Of a DNA stretch of 64,000 nt, positions 12,230 to 24,938 are shown piece after piece. The stretch is from Selaginella moellendorffii (Eukaryota; Plantae; Lycopodiophyta). Position numbers and translations under genes: made by a program. The notes under the pieces are model-generated. The model saw only the letters and a list, made by a program, of their open reading frames with translations, made no database searches and was not told the origin of the DNA. The DNA lies in NCBI RefSeq assembly GCF_000143415.4, contig NW_003314378.1, positions 311,280 through 375,279 of the forward strand, written 5' to 3'. The stretch's first letter is position 1, and each line of letters starts with the position of its first letter.

Positions 12230-12430
12230 GGTGACATTCCGGCCTGCGCCTACATCAGCTCCGTGAATCGCAACAAGGATTTCTTTCTTCTCGTGACAGA
12301 GGATTTTAGGATCGCGCCAGGCAGGGATCAGTTCGTCTGCATGATCGATATCTTCGGCCGTGACAGGCAACTGGAGAATGCCGAGGAATTGCTGCGTGCC
12401 ATGCCGTTTGTGCCGGATGCTCTGGTTTGT
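12230..12430 (+). pseudogene. PLS-class PPR gene fragment (last repeats/E-domain start)
   Basis: ACAY..FFLLVTEDFRIAPGRDQFVCMIDIFGRDRQLENAEELLRAMPFVPDA matches the PLS-PPR S2/E consensus. Confidence 0.8.
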
Positions 12431-12639
12431 AATGTTTCGGGCATTGGATCGACGTATGTGCTGGCAATTCGCTCCAAGAGAGTGTTTAAAATGGAAATTG
12501 GCGGGAAAGCGATGTGTTTGTTTTTTATTCTATCTAGCTGTGCTTACGAAAGTCCCACTATCGAAAGGTGACAGCTTTGGAAAAATAATTTAATTATATA
12601 TGTAACTTAGTCAAGTGTGCCTCGCAACCAGAGAGACTT

Positions 12640-13305
12640 TCAAGTCATGCCGATGAGCTCTCTCAGCTTCTGGATGAGACCACGGTCGTCAATCTGGAAC
12701 GCTTTCGCGATCACGTCGTCATTGATTGGAGGATTGGAATCAAACACCGCCTTGGCCACCTGAGTTGCCCCGGGGTTTTGGCTGTTGAAGCCAGCCATCG
12801 CAACCGCAGGCTCCTTTCCAACGTTGAGCTGGAAGTGGACGAGTCCCCTAGGGAAGACGAACAGATCTCCAGGATAGAGCATTTGGGCGAAGAGCTTGTT
12901 GTCCGGCAAGGTGGTGACGAATCCGACTAAGAGGTTCCCGTGCACGAGGAAGAGCAGCTCGGATCCTCGGGGATGGACGTGGGGGGGATTGGTGCCGCCG
13001 GGAGCATAGTCGACGCGGGCAAAAGCTACACCAAAGGTGTTGAGACCGGGGAAATTGTTGACACTCGCCAGCGTGACGTTGGAGCCGAGCTTGTTGTCGG
13101 TGTTCCCGGGAGTCGCCAGCAGGCTCGACTTGAAGTCCTCGGCTTTCACATCGGCGGCCGCCTTGCAGACGACGCCGTTCACTTTGATCTTGGAGCCATT
13201 GTCTGCAACGCAAAAGTCCTGCAGCATATCTTCATCCGCGGCATGCACAAACAAGATGGAGCTGATTGCTAGGAGGAAGGATAGAACAAAACGAAGATGA
13301 GCCAT
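12640..13305 (-). CDS. Germin-like protein (cupin), intronless, 221 aa
   Basis: Signal peptide MAHLRFVLSFLL, QDFCVAD, germin boxes PPHVHPRGSE and GDLFVFPRGLVHFQ. A TATA-like tataaaa lies ~55 bp upstream. Confidence 0.96.
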   Translation of the reverse strand: MAHLRFVLSFLLAISSILFVHAADEDMLQDFCVADNGSKIKVNGVVCKAAADVKAEDFKSSLLATPGNTDNKLGSNVTLASVNNFPGLNTFGVAFARVDYAPGGTNPPHVHPRGSELLFLVHGNLLVGFVTTLPDNKLFAQMLYPGDLFVFPRGLVHFQLNVGKEPAVAMAGFNSQNPGATQVAKAVFDSNPPINDDVIAKAFQIDDRGLIQKLRELIGMT

Positions 13306-13809
13306 CTTGCGAGCTTGGAAAAGACTGATGGAGCTATATGAGGGAGGGGCAGGCATTTTATAGCTGGAGGAGGGGAGGCGAGGTCCTTTGGATGACTTTG
13401 TCGTGAATCGTGCACGATTTTAGGTACACGGTCTTCTGTTCCCTTCTATTTCATTTTTTACTCTTACTGTCCGCGTAACACAATCTGATTTGTTTGCTGC
13501 CAAGTCGTCTCGGAAGTTTTCTTCTACCGGGCTTGTCTAGAGCCGTCAAAATCATCTTTTTTGTGTGTAAATGATGACGACCTTGGTTTTGATGGTAGGA
13601 ACCGGTCTCAGTGAAACTCGAGTTTTACACGGTCTTGGTAAAAGCTTGACACTAAATTGCTTTATTCTTCTTGGCACCAGAGACTTCTTATGTGTGGAGT
13701 TTTAACGGAATTATTATGGATTGTGTAGGTCCATTGCTGACACAAATAAATTATGGGTATATAGACCAAAGGTACGTCTATGTAGGTTATCAGTTTTGCA
13801 TAAATAGTC

Positions 13810-14930
13810 ATTGTGATTAGGACAAAATAGAATGTTTATTGAAATTGTTTTAGTAAAGAAAAGGTATGAAAAGTGACCTAAAGCTAATCAATTAAGTTGT
13901 AATATGATATAATAATTAATAAAATCATATTTTAATCATAGAATTATTTTCTTTTACTACATCCTACAACCATTCCTTATTGATAAGGGTTGCCACTTTA
14001 TTAATCAATTTAATACAATAAACTTATGATATTGAATAAAAATGTTATTTAAATTAAAATTTAATGTATATAGCTTAGTTATATTCAAAATTAAAGATAT
14101 TATAATTCAGATTTAAATAAAAAAATTGATAAATACATTCTTATAAAGGTTACAACAAAAATAGTCAGTATAATCCAGTGAAAAAATTATTATTATTTTT
14201 TTACTTTTATAGATATGAAAAAAAATAAAAATTACCTGTTGTAATAAATCATTAAATGTTTTTATTTCTATTTCAATTTGTTTTTAAATAAGTACTTTAT
14301 AATTTGTTTTGTATGTTTATTTTTGTTGTAAGGTTTTATAAACACTAAGTTTAATAAATTTACATTTTTAATCATATTCATTAACTAAATACTTTATAAT
14401 ATTTTAAATAGTTAAACATTTTTACACTTAGTTCTTAATATGCATGACTGTGTGGAAGAGGGGAGACAAAGTCAATAATTAGCTCTTTAAAAAGTGTTTT
14501 TTAAGGTGTATACATGAATATTTTATATTTTTTCCCCATTTAAAATGACATTTTTATTTATAAATGATGTAATACAATTAAAAATACTTTATGTATGTAA
14601 ATAAAAATTTAAAATTATTAATGAAAAATAATTAATAATATTTATTTTGATGTTTAAACTAAAAAATAATTGTAAAAACTCCACAAACACCCATGATTAA
14701 TTAAAGTGTCATAAGAGCATAAAAGAAGGTGTTACATAGAGTTACACTCCACTTGCTTTAATACAAATTGCATTTCTAGCCAGTTGTGGAGCTTTTTCTT
14801 AATTTGGATATTTATTGGGAATTATTGTGCAAAATTTAAATTAGTTATTTTAAAATATTAAATCATAAGCATTATTTTTGTATTTACAAACTACTACAGG
14901 GCTACTATTTTGAAAGAAAGGTTGCAAAAC
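13810..14930. other. Very AT-rich non-coding tract
   Basis: Abrupt composition shift and no ORF of 60 aa or more. Confidence 0.8.
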
Positions 14931-15461
14931 TTTACTCTATCAGCAGCAGAAGAGCTAGAGTTTTGTTGATGGCGTGGAGGAAAATGACTCATGAAACATC
15001 TTATGATGTGCATTAGTGATTTTTATCCCCAAGATGAGCTCGTTTTTGAGCCAGCAGGCCGGGTTTGGGAGCTCGTTGGAAGACTGGGAGGTCCTCCACA
15101 ATGCATGACAGGTGCCCGAGGACAAACAGAAACAAGGCTAAAGTGGTGAGTTCTATTTTTCTCTAACATGGCCGCGCAGATCAGTGGCGAATTGCCACCA
15201 CAGATTCATACTTCATCATGCTGGAGAAGAAGAAGAAGCTGGCTTGTTTCAACTATTCTTTGCAAACCAGGCAGATTTGCAAACAGATTGTAGAATGACG
15301 AGCAAAATACTCAAAGCAACATTCAATCAATCAAATTTAAATGAACGATACACATTTTGTTTGTGCCATGCTAATTTGTTAACGATCAAAACAATTCATT
15401 ATCATTATTTAGCTTAAAGTTGCAAGGGTGAAAAGAGAATGCAGAATGCCGAAAAAGGAGT

Positions 15462-16772
15462 TTACTTGGCCTGATGCCTTGCCTGGAAATCCTTCATGAG
15501 CGCCACCAGCTTCTCCACGCCCGCCCTGGGCATGGCGTTGTAGATGGACGCTCTCACGCCCCCAACCGAGCGATGCCCCTTGAGCTGCACCATCCCTTTG
15601 CCAGCAGCCTCCTTGACAAACGCGGCCTCCATCTCCGGCGACGCCATGGTGAAAGGAACGTTCATCACCGACCTCACCGATGCCTCCACCGGGCACTTGT
15701 AGAAACCGTCGCTGCCATCGATGGCCCGGTACAAGATCTCGGCCTTGTCATTGTTCTTCCTGGCTATGGCTTCCAGCCCGCCCTGGTGGAGGAGGTCCTC
15801 GAAAACAAGCCCGCACATATAGATGGCGAAGCACGGCGGCGTGTTGTAGAGCGACTTGTTGTCGGCGTGCGTCTTGAAGTCGAGCATGACGGGAGTGATC
15901 GGCTGCGCACCGCCCACCAAGTCCTTCCTCACAATCGCGATCGTCACCCCGGACGGCCCGACGTTCTTCTGCGCGCCGGCGTAGATCACCCCGAACTTGG
16001 ACACATCCACCGGCTTGGAGCAGAAGTTGGAGGACATGTCCGCCACCAGGATCGTCCCCTCCCCGACCGCCGGATACCAGTCCTTGAATTCCACTCCGTG
16101 GATCGTCTCGTTGGTGCAGACATGGACGAACTTGGCACCTGGAGTGAGCTTGAGCTCCGACCCTGACGATGGAATGGAGGTGTACTTGGTGGCCTTGCCG
16201 CTCCACGCGAGATTCGCCTTGCAGTACTTCTGCGCTTCCTTGTAAGCTTTGTCGCCCCAGGAGCCCGTGACGATGAAGTCGGCAGTGTCCTCCGGCGAGC
16301 AAAGGTTGAGCGGGATAGCCGAGAAGAGCGTGGAAGCCCCGCCTTGCAAGAAGAGGACCTCGTAGTTGTCTGGAATGGCCAGCAGCGCTCGAAGATCTGC
16401 CTCGGCCTTTTGGATCACGGAAAGAAATTCTTTCCCCCGGTGGCTCATCTCCATGATGCTCATCCCACAGCCCTGCCAGTTGTAGAGATCCTGCTGCGCC
16501 TTCTTCACCACATTGGCGGGCAGCGTCGCCGGCCCGGCCGCGAAGTTGTAAACCCTGCCATCGTTCTCGATGCTCTCGATCCGCGACGACGGCGCAATCC
16601 CGGTGCCTACCGTCGCCGTGCACGAAATCTCGCGCTGCCGCCGATCGGGGTGCCCGATCCTGACGCGGGAGAATGGCGATACCTGTGAAGCCGGTGACGA
16701 GCAGCGCCCATCGCCGCCGAGGAATGTGGATCGGGCCACCAGCGCGCGCGCCATGCCCGCATTTGCCGCCAT
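15462..16772 (-). CDS. PSAT: Phosphoserine aminotransferase, plastid-targeted, intronless
   Basis: Transit peptide followed by [48 protein letters not shown] (PLP lysine) and GHRSVGG.RASIYNA. Confidence 0.98.
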   Translation of the reverse strand: MAANAGMARALVARSTFLGGDGRCSSPASQVSPFSRVRIGHPDRRQREISCTATVGTGIAPSSRIESIENDGRVYNFAAGPATLPANVVKKAQQDLYNWQGCGMSIMEMSHRGKEFLSVIQKAEADLRALLAIPDNYEVLFLQGGASTLFSAIPLNLCSPEDTADFIVTGSWGDKAYKEAQKYCKANLAWSGKATKYTSIPSSGSELKLTPGAKFVHVCTNETIHGVEFKDWYPAVGEGTILVADMSSNFCSKPVDVSKFGVIYAGAQKNVGPSGVTIAIVRKDLVGGAQPITPVMLDFKTHADNKSLYNTPPCFAIYMCGLVFEDLLHQGGLEAIARKNNDKAEILYRAIDGSDGFYKCPVEASVRSVMNVPFTMASPEMEAAFVKEAAGKGMVQLKGHRSVGGVRASIYNAMPRAGVEKLVALMKDFQARHQAK

Positions 16773-17025
16773 CGATCGGTCGCCCTCTCAAGAACCCTAG
16801 CTCCCAGTGCTCGGTTAAATAATAACAATGGGAATGTTAAGTACGTCTTTCTTCCTTCCTTTCTCCTTCCTGGGTTGCTGAGATCACACCAACCAACCAT
16901 GTTTGACAAGCATATTCGATAAAATATCTCACTGTGATCAAAGTATTTCTCACTGTGAGCGAAGCTTTCGTCATTCCTCCAATGCTCTTGATTTTATGAT
17001 CAGGCTTTCGCTCGGCATCGCTCCA

Positions 17026-19474
17026 TCAGTAGTAGTTTCCAATCTTTCGGTGGTGCACGGCAGTTCTAGCGTCTGGCTTTGAGACACTGCCCTCGGTGGC
17101 GTGAGCGTAGATGATCCAGTGATCGCTCACTTCCATTCGAGTCACCACTGTGCACTCGAGATAAGCTAGAGCATCCACCAGGATGGGACACGAATTTTTT
17201 CCAACAGTCCATTCCACTCCTTCGAAGCGATCGGCTGTAGCGGCAAAAATCACAGAGAGATTCTTAGTAGCATTAGACGGTAGTGCTCTGGTGATGCTTA
17301 CCCCCAGGAGGAAAACGTTTTAGAAAGTGTTTCATTAGTTTTGTGGAGTTTCCTTCTTCCAAACAGTTGAGGACGAAGTTGTCACCAACCTGTGAGTAAA
17401 ATCTAAGCTTAGGGACATCAAATAAAAGAGATGGACGAACCTGCATGAGAGACTCGATAGCTCTGTCTTTGGCGACTGCTATGGTAATGCCTAGAGGTTT
17501 GAAGCTAGCCTGCTCGGATAATCACCCAGTCAGTTGTAGAATCTCAAGGCAAAGTTTTGTTTTATTACCTGGGACACCCAAGATGCGATCATAGCTCCTT
17601 TTGTTGAGCCTTTAAAGGCAGTCACGACGTAGATCCCGCCTGACACTCGAGCTATTGCCTTGGCAACATTCACAGGCATCTGTGTCTTTTTGGCTTCAAT
17701 GACTTTCTTTTGAGAAAGCAGTTGTCCCAAGTCCGTGCCTGCTTCTTCAAATTGTTGATACCTGCATATACGGCGACGTTAGTCGAAACCAGCAGGATTA
17801 AAAAAAAAGTATCTTCTATACGTTGATTCTGTCGGAGTTTCCTTGACTCTTAAAGCAGGAAGAGGAGTTGGAATTCCCAGCTCCACAAAACGTTGCAAAA
17901 TCGTATCAACGGGCTCATCGTCGCCTCCATAACTTTCTGCTATCAAAACTGGCTGCAACACATGTTCGTCGATTTCAGTAAGCCAAAACACAAGACGCAA
18001 GTTCCAAATCAAGTTCCAAACCTTCTTTGTTTTCAACGCTGCGTAGAGCGTGCTGATGGCTGCGTTTGCAGGTCCTGTGCTTGGAGGCGTCATTAAGAAC
18101 ACCGCACTATTTCGAGCAACGCTCTCTACAATCTCTTGCGAATCTGTCGAGTTCAAGTCAATCATCTGAGCTCCTGTATCCGTCTTCGTCAGGCCTCTAG
18201 CGAATGTCTGGCCAAATGAAGTTAAGCGTCGCACAACATCCGAATGAAAACGCTTACCTGAGAGAGTCGATCGCTGTAGCCATAATCCGAGACGTAAAGC
18301 ACAGCGACACTAGCTAGCTGTTTTTCCAGTGCCTGCTTGCTCCAGTTTTCATATTTGCTCATCAGCTCTGGAACATTATACCTCAGCAAAGGCCCGTGTC
18401 CCGTTGCAATTACTGCGAAATCCAGGTCCTTCACCCGCTTGAGCCCGACTAACACAGACCGAGCATTCGGCTTCATGAGACAGTCGTAGTAAAACCGATA
18501 GTGTGGTTCGATTGTCATGAGATCCTCATCGTAAGTCTGTAAATGCCATTTTAGAAAATTACGAGTGTCAAAGAGACCACAACGACTTACCGCTGTTGAA
18601 CAGTAGTGCATTCCAAATGCATCGCACGTAAAAAGAACTTTGGAACCATGATCGAAGGTAAACATGGTGTCCGGCCAATGTAAATTAGGAGCCATCACAA
18701 ACTCCAAGACATGACCTTTTCCCAGATCGAGCTTCTCCCCTCCCTGCGATCATACAGTTCCTGCAGTCAATAGAAAAAGCACAAAGAAATCACGGACAAA
18801 AACACACTCTTGTACAAAAAGAGATAGAAAAACAAAAGCAAAGCGAAGACGAAGTTTGATACAAACCTTTACGACCATGCTCTTGAACGGGGTGAGAACA
18901 AGGTTCTGCAAGAACTGTATGCAAACTTTGGACCCAACGACGACAGCATCCGGCGCGAGCTTGAGAATTTCTGGAATAAGGCCACTGTGGTCGGGCTCCG
19001 TGTGATTCGCGATTACGTAATTGATGGTGGCCGGATCGATCTGTTCCTTGAGTGCTGCAAGGTACTGGAACCGAAACTTCTCGTGTGACGCGTCGATGAT
19101 CGCAAGCTGGTCTCCCTCGATGATGTAGGAATTATACGTTGTTCCATTTTGCAATCCAAACTCGCTGTTATTGCCAGCATTGGATCAAGAAATCACGATT
19201 GGATGGGAAAAATTCTCAACACTTACATATCGAAGCGATCTCGGTCCCAATCCAGCGATCGGAGCGTTGTCACAGAAGGCGCCACGGGAGATACCTGCGT
19301 TTGGAGCCGCTTCCCGCCCTGAATCTTTTCAATCCCCGAAATCTTGCTCCTCTCAGCGGCGATCGTGAAGCTAGAGCCAGATTTCGCGGAAATAATCGAT
19401 CTTCTTCGACCAGTGCGATGCGTCGAGGCGGAGAACAATGCGCCCTCGCCCAAGCTCAAGCCCGCCATTGCCAC
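17026..19474 (-). CDS. FLVB: Flavodiiron protein, Flv3/FLVB type, plastid-targeted (multi-exon)
   Basis: Transit peptide; metallo-beta-lactamase domain with canonical iron ligands (GTTYNSY, NHTEPDHSG, PNLHWPDT, CDAFGMH, GHG); flavodoxin domain (SDYGYSDRL); C-terminal flavin reductase (IASWVSQ, DHWI, VHHRKIGNYY). Confidence 0.93.
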
Positions 19475-19623
19475 AAAAACCCAACCCCCGGATCGACCGT
19501 TGATTGTTTACGCCCATATCAGCCGTGGATCCGCCAAAGCATTATCTGGGCCGTCCCTTGGCAAGACATAAAGCTTAAGGATTAGGGTAGCCGCCAAGGG
19601 TTTTTGGCGACTGAAGCGCAGCA
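19475..19623. promoter_or_regulatory. ~150 bp bidirectional promoter between FLVB and RPP1
   Basis: Head-to-head ATGs; site-II-like GCCCA/TGGGCC and telo-box-like ttagggt/aagggttt motifs. Confidence 0.6.
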
Positions 19624-20129
19624 ATGGGAGAGACTGCTTGCACGTATGCCGCTCTAATCCTTCACGACGATGGGATCGCCATCACGGTAAGCGCTAGAGC
19701 TCTAGATTTTGGACGCGAAATTGATCGATCGTGGCGCTGGAACAGGCCGAGAAGATTGCAACGCTGGTGAAGGCCGCGAATGTGAAGGTGGACTCCTACT
19801 GGCCGAGTCTTTTCGCCAAGCTGCTTGAAAAGAGGAGCGTCGATGATCTCATCCTCAGCTGTGGATCCGGTATGCTAGAAAATGCGTGAGATTTCTTGCT
19901 TTGACAATCCAATGGATTCGCAGGAGGTGGAGGCGCCGCAGTGGCGGTGAGCGCTGTTGCTGGGGATTCCGCGGCCGCGCCTGCCGCTGCCGAGGAGAAG
20001 GAAGAGAAGAAGGTATGAATTTGGGGGTGTTACTCTGGTCTCTTGGCTGAAATTAGGTTTTTTGGCTTGAAACAGGAGGAAGCGAAAGAAGAGAGCGATG
20101 ATGACATGGGCTTTAGCTTGTTCGATTAG
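19624..20129 (+). CDS. RPP1: 60S acidic ribosomal protein P1 (4 exons)
   Basis: [21 protein letters not shown]|[36 protein letters not shown]. Confidence 0.95.
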
Positions 20130-20262
20130 TGTGATTTGCCGAAAAAAGAAAATTTTCGAAAGTTTTGAGCCAATGTAATTCAACATTTTAATCTAGACTC
20201 TCTAATGAGCATATTCTTCGCTTTTTAATGTAAGAAAAAGGAATGCAAGAACGTAGCCTAGA

Positions 20263-21521
20263 ATGGAAGAGGGGGTATTTCGCATCCTAGACGGAAGCTC
20301 TATTCGCGAGGCGCTGCTAGGGTCGCAGCTCCCGGATCGCGTGCGCCGCCGATTCCAGCGGCTTGTCAAGGCGGCGGATGGATCGCCGTCGTCTTCGTCT
20401 GTGGATGCGCGGATTGCTGCCGAGGAGGAAGCGGCGGCACTGCTTCTTGGATCGGAGCTGTGCGGGCGGCAGCTTGTGGTGACTGCCGCGGCGTCGCGGC
20501 TGCCCGATCCAAATACGCTGCTAGATGCCGCGGCTTTTGAGGCGAGTCTTCGCAGCTATCTCGAGGCCGTGGCGGATGCTCTCCAAGGTGAGGGATTGAT
20601 AGATTGCTTCACCTTTTTTCCTCGATTGAGACTATTTCGTGTTCTTGATCCAGTTTCTTTGTCTAATCGAACTGTCCATTGCGCAGAAAAGCCGATCGTT
20701 GTGTCGGTTCTGGACGGATCGGCATTCAAGGGACTCTTGGAAGACGAGGACGAATTTGCGATGGTTGCAGAGAACGTTTTTGACGAACTGGATGCTGATA
20801 ACAGCGGCAAGCTCAACCGTAGCGAGCTTCGATCTGCCGTGCTCCAGCTGGTCGCGGCAGTGGGATGTCCCAATCCATCTGGTAAGTTTCATCTTTCCAC
20901 TTACATTGTAATAGCTTGATGGTTCTTCCTTTTTGTCCTTCTCATTTTCAGCCAAGCCGGATGTTGAAGATCTCCTCACCAAGCTGCTAAGCAAATACGC
21001 CAGCCAAGATAGCAAAGAGCTCGGGCAAACCCAGTTCGCCAAGCTGCTCCAAGACGTTCTCCAGGATCTCTCCGAGACTCTGGCCTCGCAGCCCATTGTG
21101 GTTGTCCGGGACGTGAAAGTTTTGGATGGATCCAATCTCCGCAAGGTACTTCCTTCCAGCAAAATTCTCAAGGAAAAAAACGCTGACTCCAATCGATCAG
21201 GTGTTGCACGACGAGGAGCTCTTCTCGGACATGGCCAAGGACACGTTCAAGGAGCTTGACTCGGACAAAGATGGCAAGCTGAGCAAGTCGGAGATCCGCC
21301 CGGTTTTCGAGAGCCGCGCCGCCCAGTGGGGCCTCCCGCCGCTGGACGAAGACTCGGCGGACGAGCTCTACGCGCAAATTTTCAAGGAGATCGATGCCGA
21401 TAGCAGCGGCGATGTGGACGAGCGCGAATTCCAGTCGCTGATGAGAGCGCTGATTGAGAGCTTCGCGGCGCAGCTCAAGATGAATCCCATTCTTGTAGAC
21501 GTCGAGACCGCGGTTCAGTGA
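20263..21521 (+). CDS. Calcium-binding EF-hand protein (multi-exon)
   Basis: EF loops DADNSGKLNRSE, DSDKDGKLSKSE and DADSSGDVDERE; repeated VLDGS..P(I/L)VV units. Confidence 0.88.
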
Positions 21522-21755
21522 AAAAAAACTCCATTACAGGATTTTAGGGTCCTTGGGTTCTTTTGAAATTTAGGGCAGCGGGAGATCTGGGGATGGCGAC
21601 ACACGCGTTGCTCGTGGATCTTGCGCCAATCTTTGCGTTGTCTCATGCAAAGAATCGCCATTCCGACACTCCGGGCTCGCCTCGTATAAATCTCCACAGT
21701 AAGTCTCTTGAATTGGGGGAGTTTTTCCATTCTTCTCGCTGGACGATCTTGTGAC

Positions 21756-23190
21756 ATGGCTGTCGCGCCGGTGTCCGACCTCCAGATCGAAGTTGGCTCC
21801 TCCAAAATCGTCGCTCCAGCGCAGGCAGTGGAGCACAGCACACTGTTCCTCTCAAACATCGACCAGGAGGCAATGTACAAGGTGGAATCGGTCTACGTTT
21901 TCGCTGCCAACCCTGAGCGAGAGAGCGACGATCCTGCCGAGGTGATCGAGGCGGCGCTGGCGAAAACGCTGGTAACGTACTACTTCCTGGCCGGGAGATT
22001 TGCGCCGAATGCCAAGGAAGGACGGCTCGAGGTGAATTGCAATGGAGCCGGGGTCTTGTTCGCTGCTGCTACGAGCAAGCTCCGGCTTAGCGACCTGAGA
22101 GATCTCTCGGTTCCGAATCCAGCATTTCGGAGCCTCCTCGTCCAGCCGAGTGATTCTCTGGGATTGTTTGAGACTCCACCCGCAACGTTCCAAGTAAGTC
22201 CTCGCAAACTTCTTCTTGCTCTTCGTTTACGATGGTTCTTTCTTCTAGATCACTAGATTCAAGTGCGGTGGCTTCGTCTTTGGAATGACCATCTTTCACT
22301 CGCTGATGGACGGAGTTGCGATCACCGGCTTCTTCGACAATCTCGGCTCCATCGCGAGAGGTGGCGGCGTCGTCATGGTGCCGAATCCAAACCGGGAGTT
22401 CCTCAAGGCCAGGAATCCTCCGCAGCCGCAGCACTACGAGCAGCTCATGTGCCGCCAGTTCCGAGTGTCGAGCTTCTCCGAGATCCCGCTGCTGCCATTC
22501 AATCCCACGACGTCGAGCGTGAACAACTTCGCCCCGGAGAAGCACGTCTTCAGGAGCTTCCCGGTGTCGAGCCAGATGATCTCGGAGCTCAAGCAGGCCT
22601 GCCTCAAGGACGAGACGCTCTCCCGCTGCTCCAGCTTCGAGGCCATCACCGCTCACGTCCTCCGCCAAGTCGCGCGCTCCCGCCCCAGCGATCCCTCCGC
22701 GCTCGTCTCGACGTTCCTGGCGGTGGACTTCTCCCGGAAGCTCCAGCCGCCGCCGCCGCCCAACTTCTGCGGCAACGCGGTGGTGGCGGCGTGCGTCGCC
22801 GCCACCCACCAGGAGCTTTGCACCTACAGCCTGGGCCACTTCGCGCGCCGAGTCCAGGAGGTTCTCAGCGACGTCGACGACGAGTATGTGCGATCCTGGA
22901 CGGACTTCTGGGAGCTCCATCGCATCGGCCCCGCGAGGATTCCAATCGGCGCCTGCCTCTCCGCCTGGTGGAAGCTGCCATTCTACGCGCTCGACTTCGG
23001 GTGGGGGACGCCAATCTTCGCGGGGCCGGTCCCAAACCAGCTGGTTGGATTCATCGTGATCGTGGCGAACGGGAAGAACGATGGCGGAGCAAACGTTTAT
23101 CTCGGCTTGGAGCCGCAAGAGATGGCGGCGTTCGAGAAGAACATCTACGAGCTAGCCGAGTCTCCGCCGCTAATACACGGAGCGTTTTAG
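21756..23190 (+). CDS. BAHD acyltransferase (feruloyl-transferase-like), one intron 22194-22248
   Basis: LFLSNID, YYFLAGR, Q|ITRFKCGGF, HSLMDG (HXXXD) and DFGWG. Confidence 0.95.
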
Positions 23191-23730
23191 ATTAAACAAA
23201 AGTGAGATTTGCGCGCTAAGTAAGCAAGATTGAAAAGAGACTGGCGCGTTGGTGTGGACTTTTCTGAGAGAATCCAAGCTAACCGGGGGATGACGTCATG
23301 CGCGGGCCATGCCCATGCCCTTGCATGGTCGCTCCTAGGGAGAATATGCCACCCCCATTTGGTCCGCGTTTTCACACGGAACTTCTTTCCCTTTTTTCAT
23401 TCCTCTAGCCTAGTGTGTGTGTGTGTGTGTTCTTCGCGCAACGCAGTAATCGCTCCACAGTTGGCACGCGCGGTGGCGGAGGGCGTGCGATCGACCATTG
23501 CAGCTTTGATTTGCGGAGGGGCAGGGATTTCAGCTTGGATCCGGGGCGGTGATGCGTCGCCGGAGCTAGGGTTTGGTGGTGGGGTGGGAATTGGCGTGGA
23601 TCTCATGGCGGCGGCGCTGTAGCTGGCCATGGTGTGCTCGAATTTCGGGTTTTGGGGCGATTGCGTGCTGCGATTCGGCTCCGGGCGGGGACCTGGAAGA
23701 GGAGCGGGGAGGTAAGGGCAGCGGCGCTGC

Positions 23731-24938
23731 ATGGGACAAGGGGGACGCGGGGAATTTTTGGCCCGGCGCTACAGGTTTTCGGAAGATCTCATGGATCTGG
23801 ATGGGGACGCATCGACCTCAGGAGGAGAAGGGTACATCGTGCACTATGTTTCGAAGCTGGACACTCTTGCGGGAATTGCCATCAAGTATGGTGTGGAGGT
23901 TTGTGCTCGATGAAAACTTTGGTGTAGGAATGGAAAACTAACTAGAAAAATTCATCCAGGTTGCCGATGTCAAGCGACTGAATGGCTTGTCAACAGATCT
24001 TCAAATGTTTGCACGAAAGAGCCTTCGCATCCCATCGTCGGCAAAGCATCCTCCATCAGAGCAGTTCGCATCACACAGGTACATTTTCTCATTCTCGTTC
24101 TCGAAACCTTGAAGATAAAAACAATCTTTCTTCCTTTTTGATGCATTTTAGCAGCAGTGCGAACTCAGAGCAGCCTCGTCTCGGGAGACATTCTTTCTGC
24201 GACATCGTGCTTCCCAACAAGAGCGAGGAGCCAACGAAAGTGAGCTCCGCGATGAGCTTGATGAGAGGTTACTACGGGTTATCGACATCAAAACTCGAGG
24301 GTGAAGGAACCGAGATGGAAGTCTACAGAACAGATAATGGCTATCAATCCGAGGACGAGCCATTCACTCCGCGGGACCAGGTCTCCAACAGACCAAGAGC
24401 TCACGCTCCCACCAACTTGGCCACGGAACCAAAGCTCGCCAGCTTCAACAGCATGGTGAGCATGGCTAGAGATTTCGTGGCCCACGAAGTAGAAAAGGCG
24501 AGGGAGCGTGTCGCGGTGCGGCGGCGTCCCAAAGGTGAAGCTCTAGCGGCCGAGGATCATAGTGCTAAGCAGCAACTTCTTGGTGACAGGACAAACTACG
24601 CAGTGAGAAGCAGCGTTCCAAGGCCGAAAGCTTCTAGACTAGGACTAGAGGTAGAGGTGGATTGCCCGGCTGGTCGAGCCGTGGTCTTCAACTCCGGGGG
24701 CGAAGCTGGGAATGGGAAAGGCCTACGCAGTGGCAAAGTAGTGGAAGAGCTCATCTTCAAGCTCAAGAAGTCGCCCAGCGCTCCAAACTTCCAGGACGAG
24801 AAGCCTCCGCCGTCTTCCATGCTCAAGAATGGAAGCAAAGGAGATCTAGCGAGTTGGAGCCAGGCACAGATCCAGAGCAGTGTGACGATACCATTGCTGG
24901 ACAGCTTCACGAGGCGCAGCAAGGCTGCATTAGACTGA
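23731..24938 (+). CDS. LysM domain-containing protein (3 exons; start uncertain)
   Basis: YIVHYVSKLDTLAGIAIKYGVE|VADVKRLNGLSTDLQMFARKSLRIP; SSAMSLMRGYYGL; C-terminal SKAALD. Confidence 0.85.

Noticed and set aside
15474-16791. Long overlapping and antisense ORFs over PSAT (also over BAHD, CO-like and AN)
   Set aside because: These are expected shadow ORFs of high-GC3 coding sequence with no recognisable motifs.
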